NCBI GenBank assembly: GCA_040757615.1
Contig: JBFLWZ010000001.1
Location: 1-55,794 of the forward strand
Origin: Thermoproteota archaeon
Lineage (GTDB): Archaea; Thermoproteota; Nitrososphaeria; Nitrososphaerales; Nitrososphaeraceae
DNA: 55,794 bases
Direction of reading: 5' to 3'
Positions 9,501 to 18,295 of this stretch are shown here, piece after piece. How positions within the stretch are numbered: the stretch's first letter is position 1; every line of letters begins with the position of its first letter. Both the position numbers and the translations under genes were made by a program. Under the pieces are notes generated by a model. The model saw only the letters and a list, made by a program, of their open reading frames with translations. It did not search any database and was not told the DNA's origin.

Positions 9501-11472
9501 GAAACCGGTCAAAAACCTGGATGTATATTGTATTACGGCACAGGACAATCATGTGATCTATGCCGGGCGAGAAGGAAAGATGGGCTGGATTGGTCAGAGC
9601 TATGGCGTTATGGGCGCAGAGATATTCCCACTCTACTGCCTGCCGGTGGCAGACGCTACTGCGGCACTTGGAAGGTCGACAATCAACAAGACGATAAACA
9701 GGTGCAAAGAGATCGGGATAGAAGTAGTTTACGGCGATAGTGTTCTCCCAGATACACCCATAGCGATTCGAAGAAAAGACAAGAGCATTGATATCGTACC
9801 GATCGAATCCTTGATGCCTAAAACTGTAACCGCAACAAGGTATCATGCATTGGGAGATATAGAAGTATTAACGGAATCAGGCTTTAGCAGAATAAGATAC
9901 ATCTATAGACATAAAGTAAGGAAGAAGGGATACAGAGTACTCACCAGAAAGGGATTTGTCGAATGCACCGAAGATCATAGCTTGGTCATAGACGGCAGGG
10001 AAGTCAAACCCGGCGATTTGAAAGTCGGAGATCGGGTCCAGCTTGTCCCATTCAAGACACAGTCCCTGATGGGAATCGATTCGGATCTGGCATGGCTGTT
10101 TGGTTTCTTTATTTCGGAGGGCACTTGTGGAACATACTACTATAGCCCGGTATCAAAAACTGCATCTGCAACTCTTCAAGTGAAATACTCCTGGAAAATC
10201 GCAAACCAAGATGAAGGAGTGCTTCTAAAAGCTCAAAGGATAATGCAGCAGCATCTGGGATTGGAAACCAGCATCATAGATACCCGCAAAAGTTCTGCAA
10301 CATACGCGCTTGTTCCAAGGAAAGAGGCTAAGATACTGGTTGACTATTTCAGACTGATGTGTTACCGGGGCTCAAACAAGGCAATACCTCGATGCATATT
10401 GAACGCCAATATCGAAGCAAAGAAAGCGTTTATTGAGGGACTGATGGCGGGAGACGGAAGCATGGATGAAAACGGGCTGGTAACTCTCGATCAGATACAC
10501 AAGTCAGTTTCAGCTGGAGTAGCTGCAATCCTAGAGGAATTGGGAATGGAATATTCCCTTCAAATCAGAGACGACAAGACCAATGTCTGTAGAATCAGGA
10601 TGATCAAGGATGTCTTGGATAAGAGAATAAAGCAGGCAGATGTTATCAAGAAAATCGAATCCTTTGAAATAGATGATTATGTCTACGACCTAGAGACAGA
10701 TAACCATCACTTCTGTGGCGGCATAGGCAATATTTTGCTCCATAATACCGACTCGCTATTCTTGAAGAACCCGTCGACCACTGCGATAGAGGAAGTGGCA
10801 AAATGGGCGCACGCCAACCTCGGAGTCGACCTCGAGATAGACAAGCAGTACCGCTACGTTGTATTCAGCGACCTGAAAAAAAACTACCTAGGCGTCCTTT
10901 CCGACGGCACGGTCGATGTAAAGGGACTGACAGGCAAAAAATCGCACACGCCGCCGTTCATCAGGAAGGCGTTCTATGACATCCTGGCGATACTTGGCAA
11001 GGTCAGCTCGGAGAAGGACTTCGAGTCTGCGAGAGAGAGCATCAAAAACATCGTGGTTGAAAACGCCAAGAACCTGGAGGCGCGCAAGATCCCGCTTGAA
11101 GACCTGAGCTTCAACGTCACCATCAACAAATCGCTGGGCACCTACGGCAAAAAGACGGGGGCCAAGACCGTGGACGGGAGGACCACCGACACGTACAAGG
11201 GCCTCCCGCAGCACATCAAGGCTGCCAAGATGCTGGTCGACGCGAACAAGCGCGACATCCGTGCCGGCGACGTCATCTCCTACGTCAAGATAAAAAACGG
11301 CGAAGGAGTCAAGCCTGTAGAGCTAGCAAGGGCTGACGAAATAGATACCGAAAAGTACCTCGAGACGATGGAGGCGACCCTCGATCAGGTGCTCTCTGTC
11401 CTGAACTTTGACTTCAAGTCGGTGCTTGGCAAGCCCAGGCAGCAGAGCCTAGACGAGCTCTTCTGGAGATAA
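6535..11472 (+). CDS. polB: Family B DNA polymerase (PolB1) precursor with two inteins; about 889 aa after splicing
   Basis: Exonuclease DIEVE and FNGDDFD; polymerase DFASLYPS, KVILNA|SYG, YGD|TDS and KKNY. ATG 6535 lies about 30 nt after TTTAATA. Confidence 0.95.
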   Translation: MTQQQDFVPDRRKRLDDLPEMPEGRPMLLLSAVYSGEEKKIYLKFYDPKDNVIYHWRDRTDHKPYCYTKMEFADQAEQVAQKETKYTLEHTKKRDIIADKEIEVLKVLAPDPLSIGGTDYSFREKVNSWEADIKYHENYLYDRSLIPGLYYVRKDEQITLFEYPISEKVQFALKSLLWDKIKEAGESGKEYRQYITNWANLLNQPVPELKRVAVDIEVETEEGRMPNPRDHDRRVTAVGFAASDGFKKVLVLASNTPSTGEPLIPEAELCNTEKELLEKAFRIINEYPIILTFNGDDFDLPYLYARSQDPRIDPKGVAIPKEKVPIVVKKESFIKRGMQAEPVGIRHGIHIDLYRTFDNRSIQIYAFSRAYTEHTLNAICEALLNDSKVEFEGDIADLPIQKLAEYCLKDADLTYRLTSFNDNLLMRLLVVIARIGRLSVDDIARFGVNQWIRGILYYEHRQRNELIPSRSELEAKGTASTTAVIKEKKYRGGEVVEPTAGIHFNVVVLDFASLYPSIIKVHNLSYETINCPHDECRETKIEGTTHWVCKRRKGLTSLLIGSLRDLRVNYYKHLAKDKTLPPQERQLYNVVSQAIKVILNACFTADTDVLTPDGIRKITDLKVGDKVYTLNERTHKVEVKPVVEVQHYVYNDQLVQIKTKDVDWQVTGNHKLYLGKRKWGANGTTKIEFAKIDASDAANAAGKRFLFRHEKIIDDNAKLDSCSLWKYVPDYQGTIIIRPNKRYERRFANSPRFTHYEFASKLRRSKGGHYYLASKSLIDSVSSSPQEFEDKYDCKIFVKNFPASQSSYTGWNFKPSAIFELMGWYVTEGHARIGKSKRGYNFTRIAISQDSKHAANVSRIASRIQELGIKPEKQNGRSLSFSSHIIANFLMKECGKGSYNKHLPPFVFSAPIELRKILFETMMCGDGNTKRGVYSTISSKLAEDFRHLAFTLGIETSVARERLKSGSVIFRVKLFKRQHHIVRPSDFTLKPVKNLDVYCITAQDNHVIYAGREGKMGWIGQSYGVMGAEIFPLYCLPVADATAALGRSTINKTINRCKEIGIEVVYGDSVLPDTPIAIRRKDKSIDIVPIESLMPKTVTATRYHALGDIEVLTESGFSRIRYIYRHKVRKKGYRVLTRKGFVECTEDHSLVIDGREVKPGDLKVGDRVQLVPFKTQSLMGIDSDLAWLFGFFISEGTCGTYYYSPVSKTASATLQVKYSWKIANQDEGVLLKAQRIMQQHLGLETSIIDTRKSSATYALVPRKEAKILVDYFRLMCYRGSNKAIPRCILNANIEAKKAFIEGLMAGDGSMDENGLVTLDQIHKSVSAGVAAILEELGMEYSLQIRDDKTNVCRIRMIKDVLDKRIKQADVIKKIESFEIDDYVYDLETDNHHFCGGIGNILLHNTDSLFLKNPSTTAIEEVAKWAHANLGVDLEIDKQYRYVVFSDLKKNYLGVLSDGTVDVKGLTGKKSHTPPFIRKAFYDILAILGKVSSEKDFESARESIKNIVVENAKNLEARKIPLEDLSFNVTINKSLGTYGKKTGAKTVDGRTTDTYKGLPQHIKAAKMLVDANKRDIRAGDVISYVKIKNGEGVKPVELARADEIDTEKYLETMEATLDQVLSVLNFDFKSVLGKPRQQSLDELFWR
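8338..9597 (+). mobile_element. Intein 1 (420 aa) in polymerase motif B, LAGLIDADG endonuclease, C-terminal Gln
   Basis: Starts CFTADTDVL, has block B VTGNHKL and endonuclease blocks LMGWYVTEG and FETMMCGDG, ends ..GKMGWIGQ|S. Confidence 0.92.
9739..10746 (+). mobile_element. Intein 2 (336 aa) in motif C (YGD|TDS), LAGLIDADG endonuclease
   Basis: Starts SVLPDTPI, has CTEDHSL, LFGFFISEG and FIEGLMAGDG, ends VYDLETDNHHF..LLHN|T. Confidence 0.93.
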
Positions 11473-11569
11473 CCGATCTCGCTATTCTGGCATTGAGCCG
11501 GATATCTTGACGAGATCATTTACAACGCCGGACACGTGCATTACGGCCTCGCCCTCTGAATTGTAGGCA

Positions 11570-11649
11570 GACAGTGTTAATTCCGCGGCGGATTTTACGT
11601 TTTATCCTTCACGATATCGCTAGCGATCCACCTAAGAGTTAACAGTGTC
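11570..11649 (+). repeat. 80-bp MITE-like unit A, copy 1
   Basis: Exact reverse complement of 12021-12100; own termini GACAGTGTTAATTC / GACACTGTTAACTC. Confidence 0.9.
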
Positions 11650-12020
11650 CTAATTATCACAAATGGAATGTTAGCTCAAGAGTGATAGAACACGGAGAAG
11701 ACTTCGAAGCTAACTTTCATTCAAGCATTCTGGATATCATAAATAATAGATGAGCTGTAGACCCCACATCAGCCTTCCATAGACCCACTGGCCTGCTCCA
11801 TGATGACGGGAGTTACCGATGTGGATCGAAAGGGTTCGCTGTCTACTCCACCCAAGAAAGCTACGAAGTTCTAGTACATAAACCGTTCTAAAGATATGTA
11901 ACTACGAAGTTTTGCAACCTACGGCAGATTCACGAGGCATTCGACAAGATGTTAATTGGCTACACATGCTTACTTTTTGACCAGTGTAGAAGTACCGCTA
12001 GATTTGGACACTCAAGGTTT

Positions 12021-12100
12021 GACACTGTTAACTCTTAGGTGGATCGCTAGCGATATCGTGAAGGATAAAACGTAAAATCCGCCGCGGAATTAACACTGTC
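12021..12100 (-). repeat. 80-bp MITE-like unit A, copy 2 (inverted)
   Basis: 80/80 identity to 11570-11649 in reverse orientation. Confidence 0.9.
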
Positions 12101-12145
12101 GCTGATATCATAGTTTATTATCCGCGCTCTGGGAGACTTGCTAGT

Positions 12146-13084
12146 TTGGACATCCTGTCACTATTTACAGTTCCAGAGAAGACAAAGGCCGGCTACAGCT
12201 TTGCCGACACTCCTGTAAGGATCTCGCTCAAGGAGTCAAGCGTCGTCGTATATGGCGTGCCGCTTGACGCCACCACCAGCTTTGGCAAGGGGACGTCGAA
12301 GGGGCCTGAGGCGATAAGGCTTGCCTCTGCGCGCCAGATAGAGACGTTTGTGCTTGACGAAAAGGCGGACATTTACGACATGGTCGGCATATTCGACCTT
12401 GGCGACCTAAGGCTGCCAAAGACAAAGAAGAGCATCGCCAAGACGCTTGCGTTTCTGGATTCGGCGATTCCAAAGGTAGTCTCTTCGTTGCGCAAGGAGA
12501 ACAAGATCCCTGTCATGCTGGGCGGCGAGCACACGCTGTCGTACTACCAGATAAAGGCGCTTGCAAGCGAAGAGCCGGTGGTGATACACTTTGACGCGCA
12601 CCGCGACATGAAGCCCGAATACGAGGGGTTAAAGATGTGCCACACCACGCCCTTTTACCATCTGCTCGAACACATCCCCGGCAAGAACCTGATCCAGATC
12701 GGGATCCGGCAGACTGACAGGGAGGAGAACGAAACCGCGATCAAGAGCGGCGTGACAACGTTTGACGCGTGGCAGGTGCACGACGACATTGACGCAGTTG
12801 CTGACCACCTGCAAAAAGCTACTGCTGGCAAAAAGATCTACATTTCGTTTGACATCGACGCCTATGACCTACCCTACGTGCCGTGCACCGGGACTCCAGA
12901 GCCGTTTGGCCTCGACCCGTTCCAGGTGCTAAAGCTGGTCAAGGCAATAAGCCCGTCGGCCCGCCTCATCGGGATGGACATGGTCGAAGTCGGCCTGAGA
13001 AACGGCGACTATCGGGAAGGCGCGCTGGCAACACAGACATTGTATAGAATATTGTCGCGCAAGTACGCTAGGCAGTTCTGTTAA
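12146..13084 (+). CDS. speB: Agmatinase / arginase-family ureohydrolase
   Basis: GGEHT, HFDAHRD, SFDIDAYD and TGTPEP metal-binding motifs. Confidence 0.82.
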   Translation: MDILSLFTVPEKTKAGYSFADTPVRISLKESSVVVYGVPLDATTSFGKGTSKGPEAIRLASARQIETFVLDEKADIYDMVGIFDLGDLRLPKTKKSIAKTLAFLDSAIPKVVSSLRKENKIPVMLGGEHTLSYYQIKALASEEPVVIHFDAHRDMKPEYEGLKMCHTTPFYHLLEHIPGKNLIQIGIRQTDREENETAIKSGVTTFDAWQVHDDIDAVADHLQKATAGKKIYISFDIDAYDLPYVPCTGTPEPFGLDPFQVLKLVKAISPSARLIGMDMVEVGLRNGDYREGALATQTLYRILSRKYARQFC

Positions 13085-13141
13085 TTGTTGTTTGATAACG
13101 ACCAATCTGCAGAGCGGGGGTTGTGCACGCTCAGCCTCAAA

Positions 13142-14365
13142 GTGAACTACTATCGGACAAGTCCGGTAGCCTCTTCTTCCTGCTTCACAGACTCACATTG
13201 AATCTCCACAGGCGTGACTTCCCGGCGTTCCACCGGTAGTATCAATTCCAGCCCTCGCTGGAGGATGTTAATAGAAGAGTTGTGATCTCTGTCAAGTATT
13301 GTACCACATTTCGGACAAACATGAATACGTACTGCAAGTGACTTTGGTACTGGATTACCACATCTTGAGCAATCTACAGAAGTGTATGCTGGCTCTACTT
13401 CAACGACGCGGTTGGCCTTGTACTGCAGCATATGTTTGAATGAAGACCAGCTTGCGTCCAGGATTTTGCGTGCAAGCCTGTGGTTCCTTGTAAGGTTTGC
13501 CACTTTCAGGCGTTCCAGGAATATGAGATCATAGCGGCTGCTGTAGTACGTTGATGTCTTGTGCAGGAAATCCCTTCGCTTGTTGTGAATGCGCTCGTAA
13601 AATCTAGCCAGCATGTGCTTTGCCTTTTCTCTGTTATTACTACCAGGCTGCCTTCTCGATACCCTGCGGTGGGCTCGCTTCAACGGTTTTAGCATCTTTG
13701 TAAGAAACTGCGGGTTATCTTCCACGTGGTCGTCAGAGTCGTGGCAGAACTTGGCAATCCCAACGTCTATCCCTACCGGCTTTCTGTACCTGATTACGGT
13801 GAAGGACCTGCGCAGGAGCTCGCATGCAACGACTGCGTACCACTTTCCATTCTTCTTCCTGCGGCATACAGTCACCTGCTTGACGTTTACCGGCTTTCTG
13901 TGCAGTACAATCCTTATCCTGCTGCCTATCTTGGAAAGTGATAGCTTGTTATTCTCGAGCCGAAAGCCAGACTGGTTGTATGTAAATGAGTTGAAATCAT
14001 CATGTTTCCTGTACGACAATATGCCTCTGGCAGCGGTCTTTCTTGCAGCTGCAACCTGCTTTGCTACCATCTGCAGCATCTTGGAGTGGTAGTTCCTGAG
14101 CCAAGGGTGCTGCTCCTTCAATTCGGTCAAGGCATAGTTCATGTCATATTCTGATATGTTTTTGTCAAGAAAGTAATTGTATATCCATCTGCAGCCGTCA
14201 ATTGTCTGCTCTAACATGAGCACCTGCTCTTTCGTTGGATATAGGCGGAACTCGTAGTTGAGCGTCATGATGATAGTATAGTATCTGTTTCACTGGTGCT
14301 ACTTAAAAAATATGGTGGCGATTCATCCACCGGTCATAGACCGGTGGTCTTCTCGCCACGTTCCT
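13142..14365 (-). mobile_element. IS200/IS605-family solo-tnpB element 1 (IS1341-like, no tnpA)
   Basis: Left-end hairpin CCACCGGTC..GACCGGTGG (about 14327-14347). Right end ..GTCCGATAGTAGTTCAC is shared with element 2. Ends were set by aligning the two copies and are uncertain by a few nt. Confidence 0.8.
13150..14268 (-). CDS. tnpB: TnpB RNA-guided endonuclease
   Basis: N-terminal RLYPTKEQ; RuvC residues GIDVG, FLERL, DRD; zinc finger CSRC..CPKC. Confidence 0.93.
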   Translation of the reverse strand: MTLNYEFRLYPTKEQVLMLEQTIDGCRWIYNYFLDKNISEYDMNYALTELKEQHPWLRNYHSKMLQMVAKQVAAARKTAARGILSYRKHDDFNSFTYNQSGFRLENNKLSLSKIGSRIRIVLHRKPVNVKQVTVCRRKKNGKWYAVVACELLRRSFTVIRYRKPVGIDVGIAKFCHDSDDHVEDNPQFLTKMLKPLKRAHRRVSRRQPGSNNREKAKHMLARFYERIHNKRRDFLHKTSTYYSSRYDLIFLERLKVANLTRNHRLARKILDASWSSFKHMLQYKANRVVEVEPAYTSVDCSRCGNPVPKSLAVRIHVCPKCGTILDRDHNSSINILQRGLELILPVERREVTPVEIQCESVKQEEEATGLVR

Positions 14366-14477
14366 ATAAAATACTTGATGTTAATAGGCTCTGAATTGGA
14401 AATGCGCACGTATTCTTACGGAGCTATGGTAGCATGCCGGGTATAATGATCGTAAATGTAGAAGAGGTTGGCGCTCA

Positions 14478-16376
14478 TCAAACCATGATCTGGGGCCTTG
14501 TCGAAAGGTGTGTCGGCAGGTTCAGCGGGAGATAGGGTTTGTCCTTTGTCTGCGCCTTTACCTCGGCTATCAGCTCTTCTAAAGTCATTTCGCGCTGCTT
14601 GCCCTCGTTCCTGTCCCTGACCATCAGCTTGGAGGCGTTCATTTCCTTGTCCCCGACGACCACAGTGTAGCGTATCCACTCGGTTTCTGACTCGCGTATT
14701 TTCTTGCCCACTGTTTCGTCGCGGTCGTCAATGTCGGCTCTGATCTGGCTTGAAGACAGCTCGGCAAGTATCTTTTCGCAGTATTCAGTGTGCTCCTTGC
14801 CCACCGGGATCACTCGGACCTGGGTATGCGAAAGCCAGAGCGGGAATGAGGGGATGCCGCCTGTCTTGGACACCTTGGCAGACTTTTCCAGAAGCGCATA
14901 GAGGACGCGCTCGACTGCGCCAGAGGGGGAATTGTGCAGTATTATCGGGTTCTTTTTGCTGCCATCTTCTTCGACAAACTCTAGGTTGAAGCGCCTGCCG
15001 TTTTCAACGTCTATCTGGTCGGTCGAGAGTGCGGACGCTTTCCCAAGGCCGTCGACATAGTTGAACTCCCATTTCAGGACGAAATAGAAGAAGCGCTCTT
15101 TCCACATCTCCACCATCACCGGCTTGTTGAACCGGTTGATCAGCTCTGTGATGAACTCTTTGTTCTCTTTGTAAAAGTCCTCTGTGAACCTGATTGCCAT
15201 CTCGACATCTTCAGTCGACAGCCCCAGCTCCTGAAGTACGCTTATCGACAGCTCAAATCGCTTGCGGAACTCTTGCTTTGCCTGCTCCATGTCCCTGCAC
15301 AGCGCGTGGCAGTCCGGCATTGTGAATGCGCGCAGCCGCCTTAGGCCCACCAGCTCGCCGCTCTTTTCGCGCCTGAACGAGTAGCGGGTCAGCTCGTACA
15401 GCTTTACCGGCAAGTGTTTGTAGGATATGCTAAAGTCCTTGGCCATGAGGAACTGGCCAAAGCAAGCCGCAAAGCGCAGGAACAGCTGCTTGTTGTCAGA
15501 CACGATGTTGTACTGCCGTGCAGGGAACCTGTTGAAGTAGCTCTCTAGCGATGGGTTCTTTGTGTCGTACATTATAGGAGTCTCTACTTCTGTGCCGCCG
15601 TACTCCATCACCCTTCTTGTCACATATTGTTCGATGAGCGACTTCATCAGCCTGCCCTTTGGATAGTAGCGCATGTTGCCTGCGTCTGATGCCGGCTCAT
15701 AGTCGGCTATTGCCAATTTCTTCATCAGCCGCACGTGGGCGGGCTGCTCGTCTACAGCCCTCTTTTTCGCCATTTCATAATTGGAGAGCACCTGCAGGTT
15801 CTGGTCCTGTTTCCTGAACCTGTATTCGCTTATCGGCGTCATCTGGCCGCCGGGCTGCAGTATGTACCAGAACGACTGGAGCTTTTCCTCCGCCTTGAGG
15901 GCGGACGATTCTTTTTCTCCTACTACTCCGTGCGAGTGGCCGGCGTGCTCGTGCTCTACCTGCTTGGTTATCTCTTTTGCATTTTCTGCAAGTGGGTGGC
16001 CCTTTACCTTGATGTTGAAAGACTTTGTCCAGCCAAACGGTGCGCGGTGGACCTGGCCTACTGATGATTCCTTTGCAAAGCTTTCTACAGAGTTTATCAC
16101 GCCCATCGCGACGGACGGTGGCGCAAGATCTGAACTAAGGTGAGCATAAGGGTAAACCAAGAGTCTGCTGCTCTTGACGGTGTCAAGGTACTTTTTGATC
16201 TCGCCGACTGCAGCTCTGGCGACGCTTTCGTCGTCGCCGTTTTCAACTGCGACAAACGCCACAACCAAATCTTCGAGCCTTACTTTTGACTTTGACGCAA
16301 TTTCCTCTGCATCCCTGATCTCTTTCTCAATCGGCTCGTATTCTATAAAATCTGAATGGAGCTGCAGCATTCGCAT
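14478..16376 (-). CDS. thrS: Threonine--tRNA ligase, archaeal type with N-terminal editing domain
   Basis: MRMLQLHSD, YPYAHLSS, APFGWTK, LRFAACFGQF, FTMPDCH, LHNSPSG. Confidence 0.95.
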   Translation of the reverse strand: MRMLQLHSDFIEYEPIEKEIRDAEEIASKSKVRLEDLVVAFVAVENGDDESVARAAVGEIKKYLDTVKSSRLLVYPYAHLSSDLAPPSVAMGVINSVESFAKESSVGQVHRAPFGWTKSFNIKVKGHPLAENAKEITKQVEHEHAGHSHGVVGEKESSALKAEEKLQSFWYILQPGGQMTPISEYRFRKQDQNLQVLSNYEMAKKRAVDEQPAHVRLMKKLAIADYEPASDAGNMRYYPKGRLMKSLIEQYVTRRVMEYGGTEVETPIMYDTKNPSLESYFNRFPARQYNIVSDNKQLFLRFAACFGQFLMAKDFSISYKHLPVKLYELTRYSFRREKSGELVGLRRLRAFTMPDCHALCRDMEQAKQEFRKRFELSISVLQELGLSTEDVEMAIRFTEDFYKENKEFITELINRFNKPVMVEMWKERFFYFVLKWEFNYVDGLGKASALSTDQIDVENGRRFNLEFVEEDGSKKNPIILHNSPSGAVERVLYALLEKSAKVSKTGGIPSFPLWLSHTQVRVIPVGKEHTEYCEKILAELSSSQIRADIDDRDETVGKKIRESETEWIRYTVVVGDKEMNASKLMVRDRNEGKQREMTLEELIAEVKAQTKDKPYLPLNLPTHLSTRPQIMV

Positions 16377-16428
16377 ATAACATCTTCTCTCTATATATCC
16401 TATATCCCAATCCCGTATCTAATCTAAT

Positions 16429-17698
16429 GTGAACTACTATCGGACAAGTCCGATAGCCTCTTCTTCCTGCTTCAACGACTCCTTTGGGATCTCCACAGGC
16501 GTAACTTCCCGGCGTTCCACCGGTAGTAGTAGTGGTAGTAGCAACATCAACGACTCCAGTCCTCGCTTGAGGATGTTAAGAGAAGCGTTATAGTCCCTGT
16601 CAAGTATTGCACCACACTTTGTACAAACATGAATACGTACTGCAAGTGACTTTGGTACTGGATTACCACATCTTGAGCAATCTACAGAAGTGTATGCTGG
16701 CTCTACTTCAACTACCCTGTTAGCCTTGTACTGCAGCATGGCCTTGAATGAAGACCAGCTTGCGTCCAGTATCTTTCTTGCAAGCCTGTGGTTCTTTGTG
16801 AGGTTTGCCACTCGTAGCCTCTCCAGAAATATCAAGTCGTAGCGGCTGCTGTAATAGTTGGATAGCTTGTGCAGGAAATCCTTCCTTTTGTTCTGGATAC
16901 GTTCATACAATCTGGCTAGCATATGCTTTGCTTTCTCCCGGTTGCTACTGCCTAATTGCCTTCTAGATAGTCTTCTGTGAGCTCTTTTCAATGGCTTTAA
17001 CATCTTTGTCAGGAACTGCGGATTTTCCACTACATGGTTGTCAGAGTCATGGCAGAACTTTGTTATACCTACATCTATACCAACTACTGGCTTTGCGTAT
17101 TTGATTATCGTTGAAAATGATCTGCGCAGTACATCGCAGGCTACAACCGCGTACCACTTTCCTGTCTTGCTGCGGCATATTGTCACCTGCTTGACGTTGA
17201 CAGGTTGACGGTGTAGTACAATCCTTATAGTCCCTATCTTGGAAAGCACAAGCTTGTCATTTTCTATCTTGAAGCCAGACTGGTTATATGTAAATGAGTT
17301 GAAATCGTCATCTTTTCTGTATGAAAGCTTGCGGCCCTTTGCCACTACCTTTCTAGCTGCTGCAACCTGATGTGTTACCATCTGGAGCATCTTGGAGTGG
17401 TAGTTCCTGAGCCAAGGGTGATGCTCTTTCAGCTCAACTAAGGTAAACTGCATATCTTCTTTTGACATATTGTTGTTCTTGTCAAAGAAGTAGTTGTACA
17501 CCCATCTGCAGCCATCAAGGGTTTGCTCTAGTGCAAGCTCCTGCTCTTTCGTTGGATATAGTCGGAATTTGTAGTTGAGTGTCATGGTGATTGATTGCGA
17601 TGATGATAGTATGATGGTATCTGTTTTACCGGTGCTACCTAAAAAATGCTGCGGCGATTCATCCACCGGTCATAGACCAGCGGACTTGCCATATTTCT
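16429..17698 (-). mobile_element. IS200/IS605-family solo-tnpB element 2
   Basis: Ends homologous to element 1; perfect terminal hairpin CTATCGGAC-TT-GTCCGATAG; left end abuts the stop codon of the upstream small ORF. Confidence 0.8.
16437..17586 (-). CDS. tnpB: TnpB RNA-guided endonuclease (paralog of 13150-14268)
   Basis: Start taken at MTLNYKFRLYP by alignment with copy 1; GIDVG, FLERL, DRD and zinc finger intact. Confidence 0.92.
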
Positions 17699-17905
17699 TT
17701 AAGCCCATCTGGCCCTCTCGTTTTCCCTGTCTTCCTTGGTGAGCTTTTTCCATTCCTTGTAATGATCCCTGCAAAGGTAAACGCGCTTGCTTCCACCCAA
17801 GCCTAAATCTGAAGCCATGCTGGCCTTGGTTCCGCTCATCGATCGCTCGGCCTGGTTTCCGCAACCGTCCACGCTGCAGTTGACGCCCTTGTCTACCTTG
17901 CCCAT
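17699..17905 (-). CDS. Small zinc-binding hypothetical protein
   Basis: CSVDGC..LCRDHY motif; TTTTTATA box about 25 nt upstream. Confidence 0.75.
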   Translation of the reverse strand: MGKVDKGVNCSVDGCGNQAERSMSGTKASMASDLGLGGSKRVYLCRDHYKEWKKLTKEDRENERARWA

Positions 17906-17985
17906 TCTGGCATGAGGTTTAATTCCTGACTATAAAAAGCTGACTGGGTTAGCTTAATACCCCAGCCTGCCCTAATTATCGACGG

Positions 17986-18162
17986 TTGCAATACAGCGAT
18001 CCACTGTGTAGCAAGTGCCTACACTTTCAGGAGCTCCACTCTGAGGTGATGTCGAGGATCCCAGATGGCCCCGAAGTAAGGCGTTGCACTGTCGGGATAT
18101 GCGCCTGCCTGCTGACGGTGAATAAAAAGGCAGGCAAGCAAAAGGCCGCACAGGTGCCCTAG
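17986..18162 (+). CDS. 58-aa Cys/His-rich microprotein
   Basis: Below the track cutoff: MQYSDPLCSKCLHFQELH..RRCTVGICACL; TTG start; CTTAATA box upstream. Confidence 0.6.
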   Translation: MQYSDPLCSKCLHFQELHSEVMSRIPDGPEVRRCTVGICACLLTVNKKAGKQKAAQVP

Positions 18163-18208
18163 CCGGGAAAACTTATAATGATCATCTCATTCGGTTAATG
18201 CCAGAGAC

Positions 18209-18295
18209 ATGTCAGAAGACGACGATTTTGAGGATGAGTTTGACGAAGAGGACGAGGACGAGTTCGGGGACGAGGACGAAGGAGACGACGAATAG
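18209..18295 (+). CDS. 28-aa hyperacidic microprotein
   Basis: MSEDDDFEDEFDEEDEDEFGDEDEGDDE*; GGGAAAA-CTTATAAT (BRE/TATA-like) about 30 nt upstream of the ATG. Confidence 0.6.
   Translation: MSEDDDFEDEFDEEDEDEFGDEDEGDDE

Noticed and set aside
11562-12108. Target duplication around the unit-A inverted pair
   Set aside because: Flanks TGTAGGCA, CTAATTAT, CAAGGTTT and GCTGATAT do not match directly or as reverse complements.
17960-18165. Possible structured ncRNA in a GC-rich gap
   Set aside because: Better explained by a 58-aa Cys/His ORF; no tRNA, SRP or RNase P signature seen.
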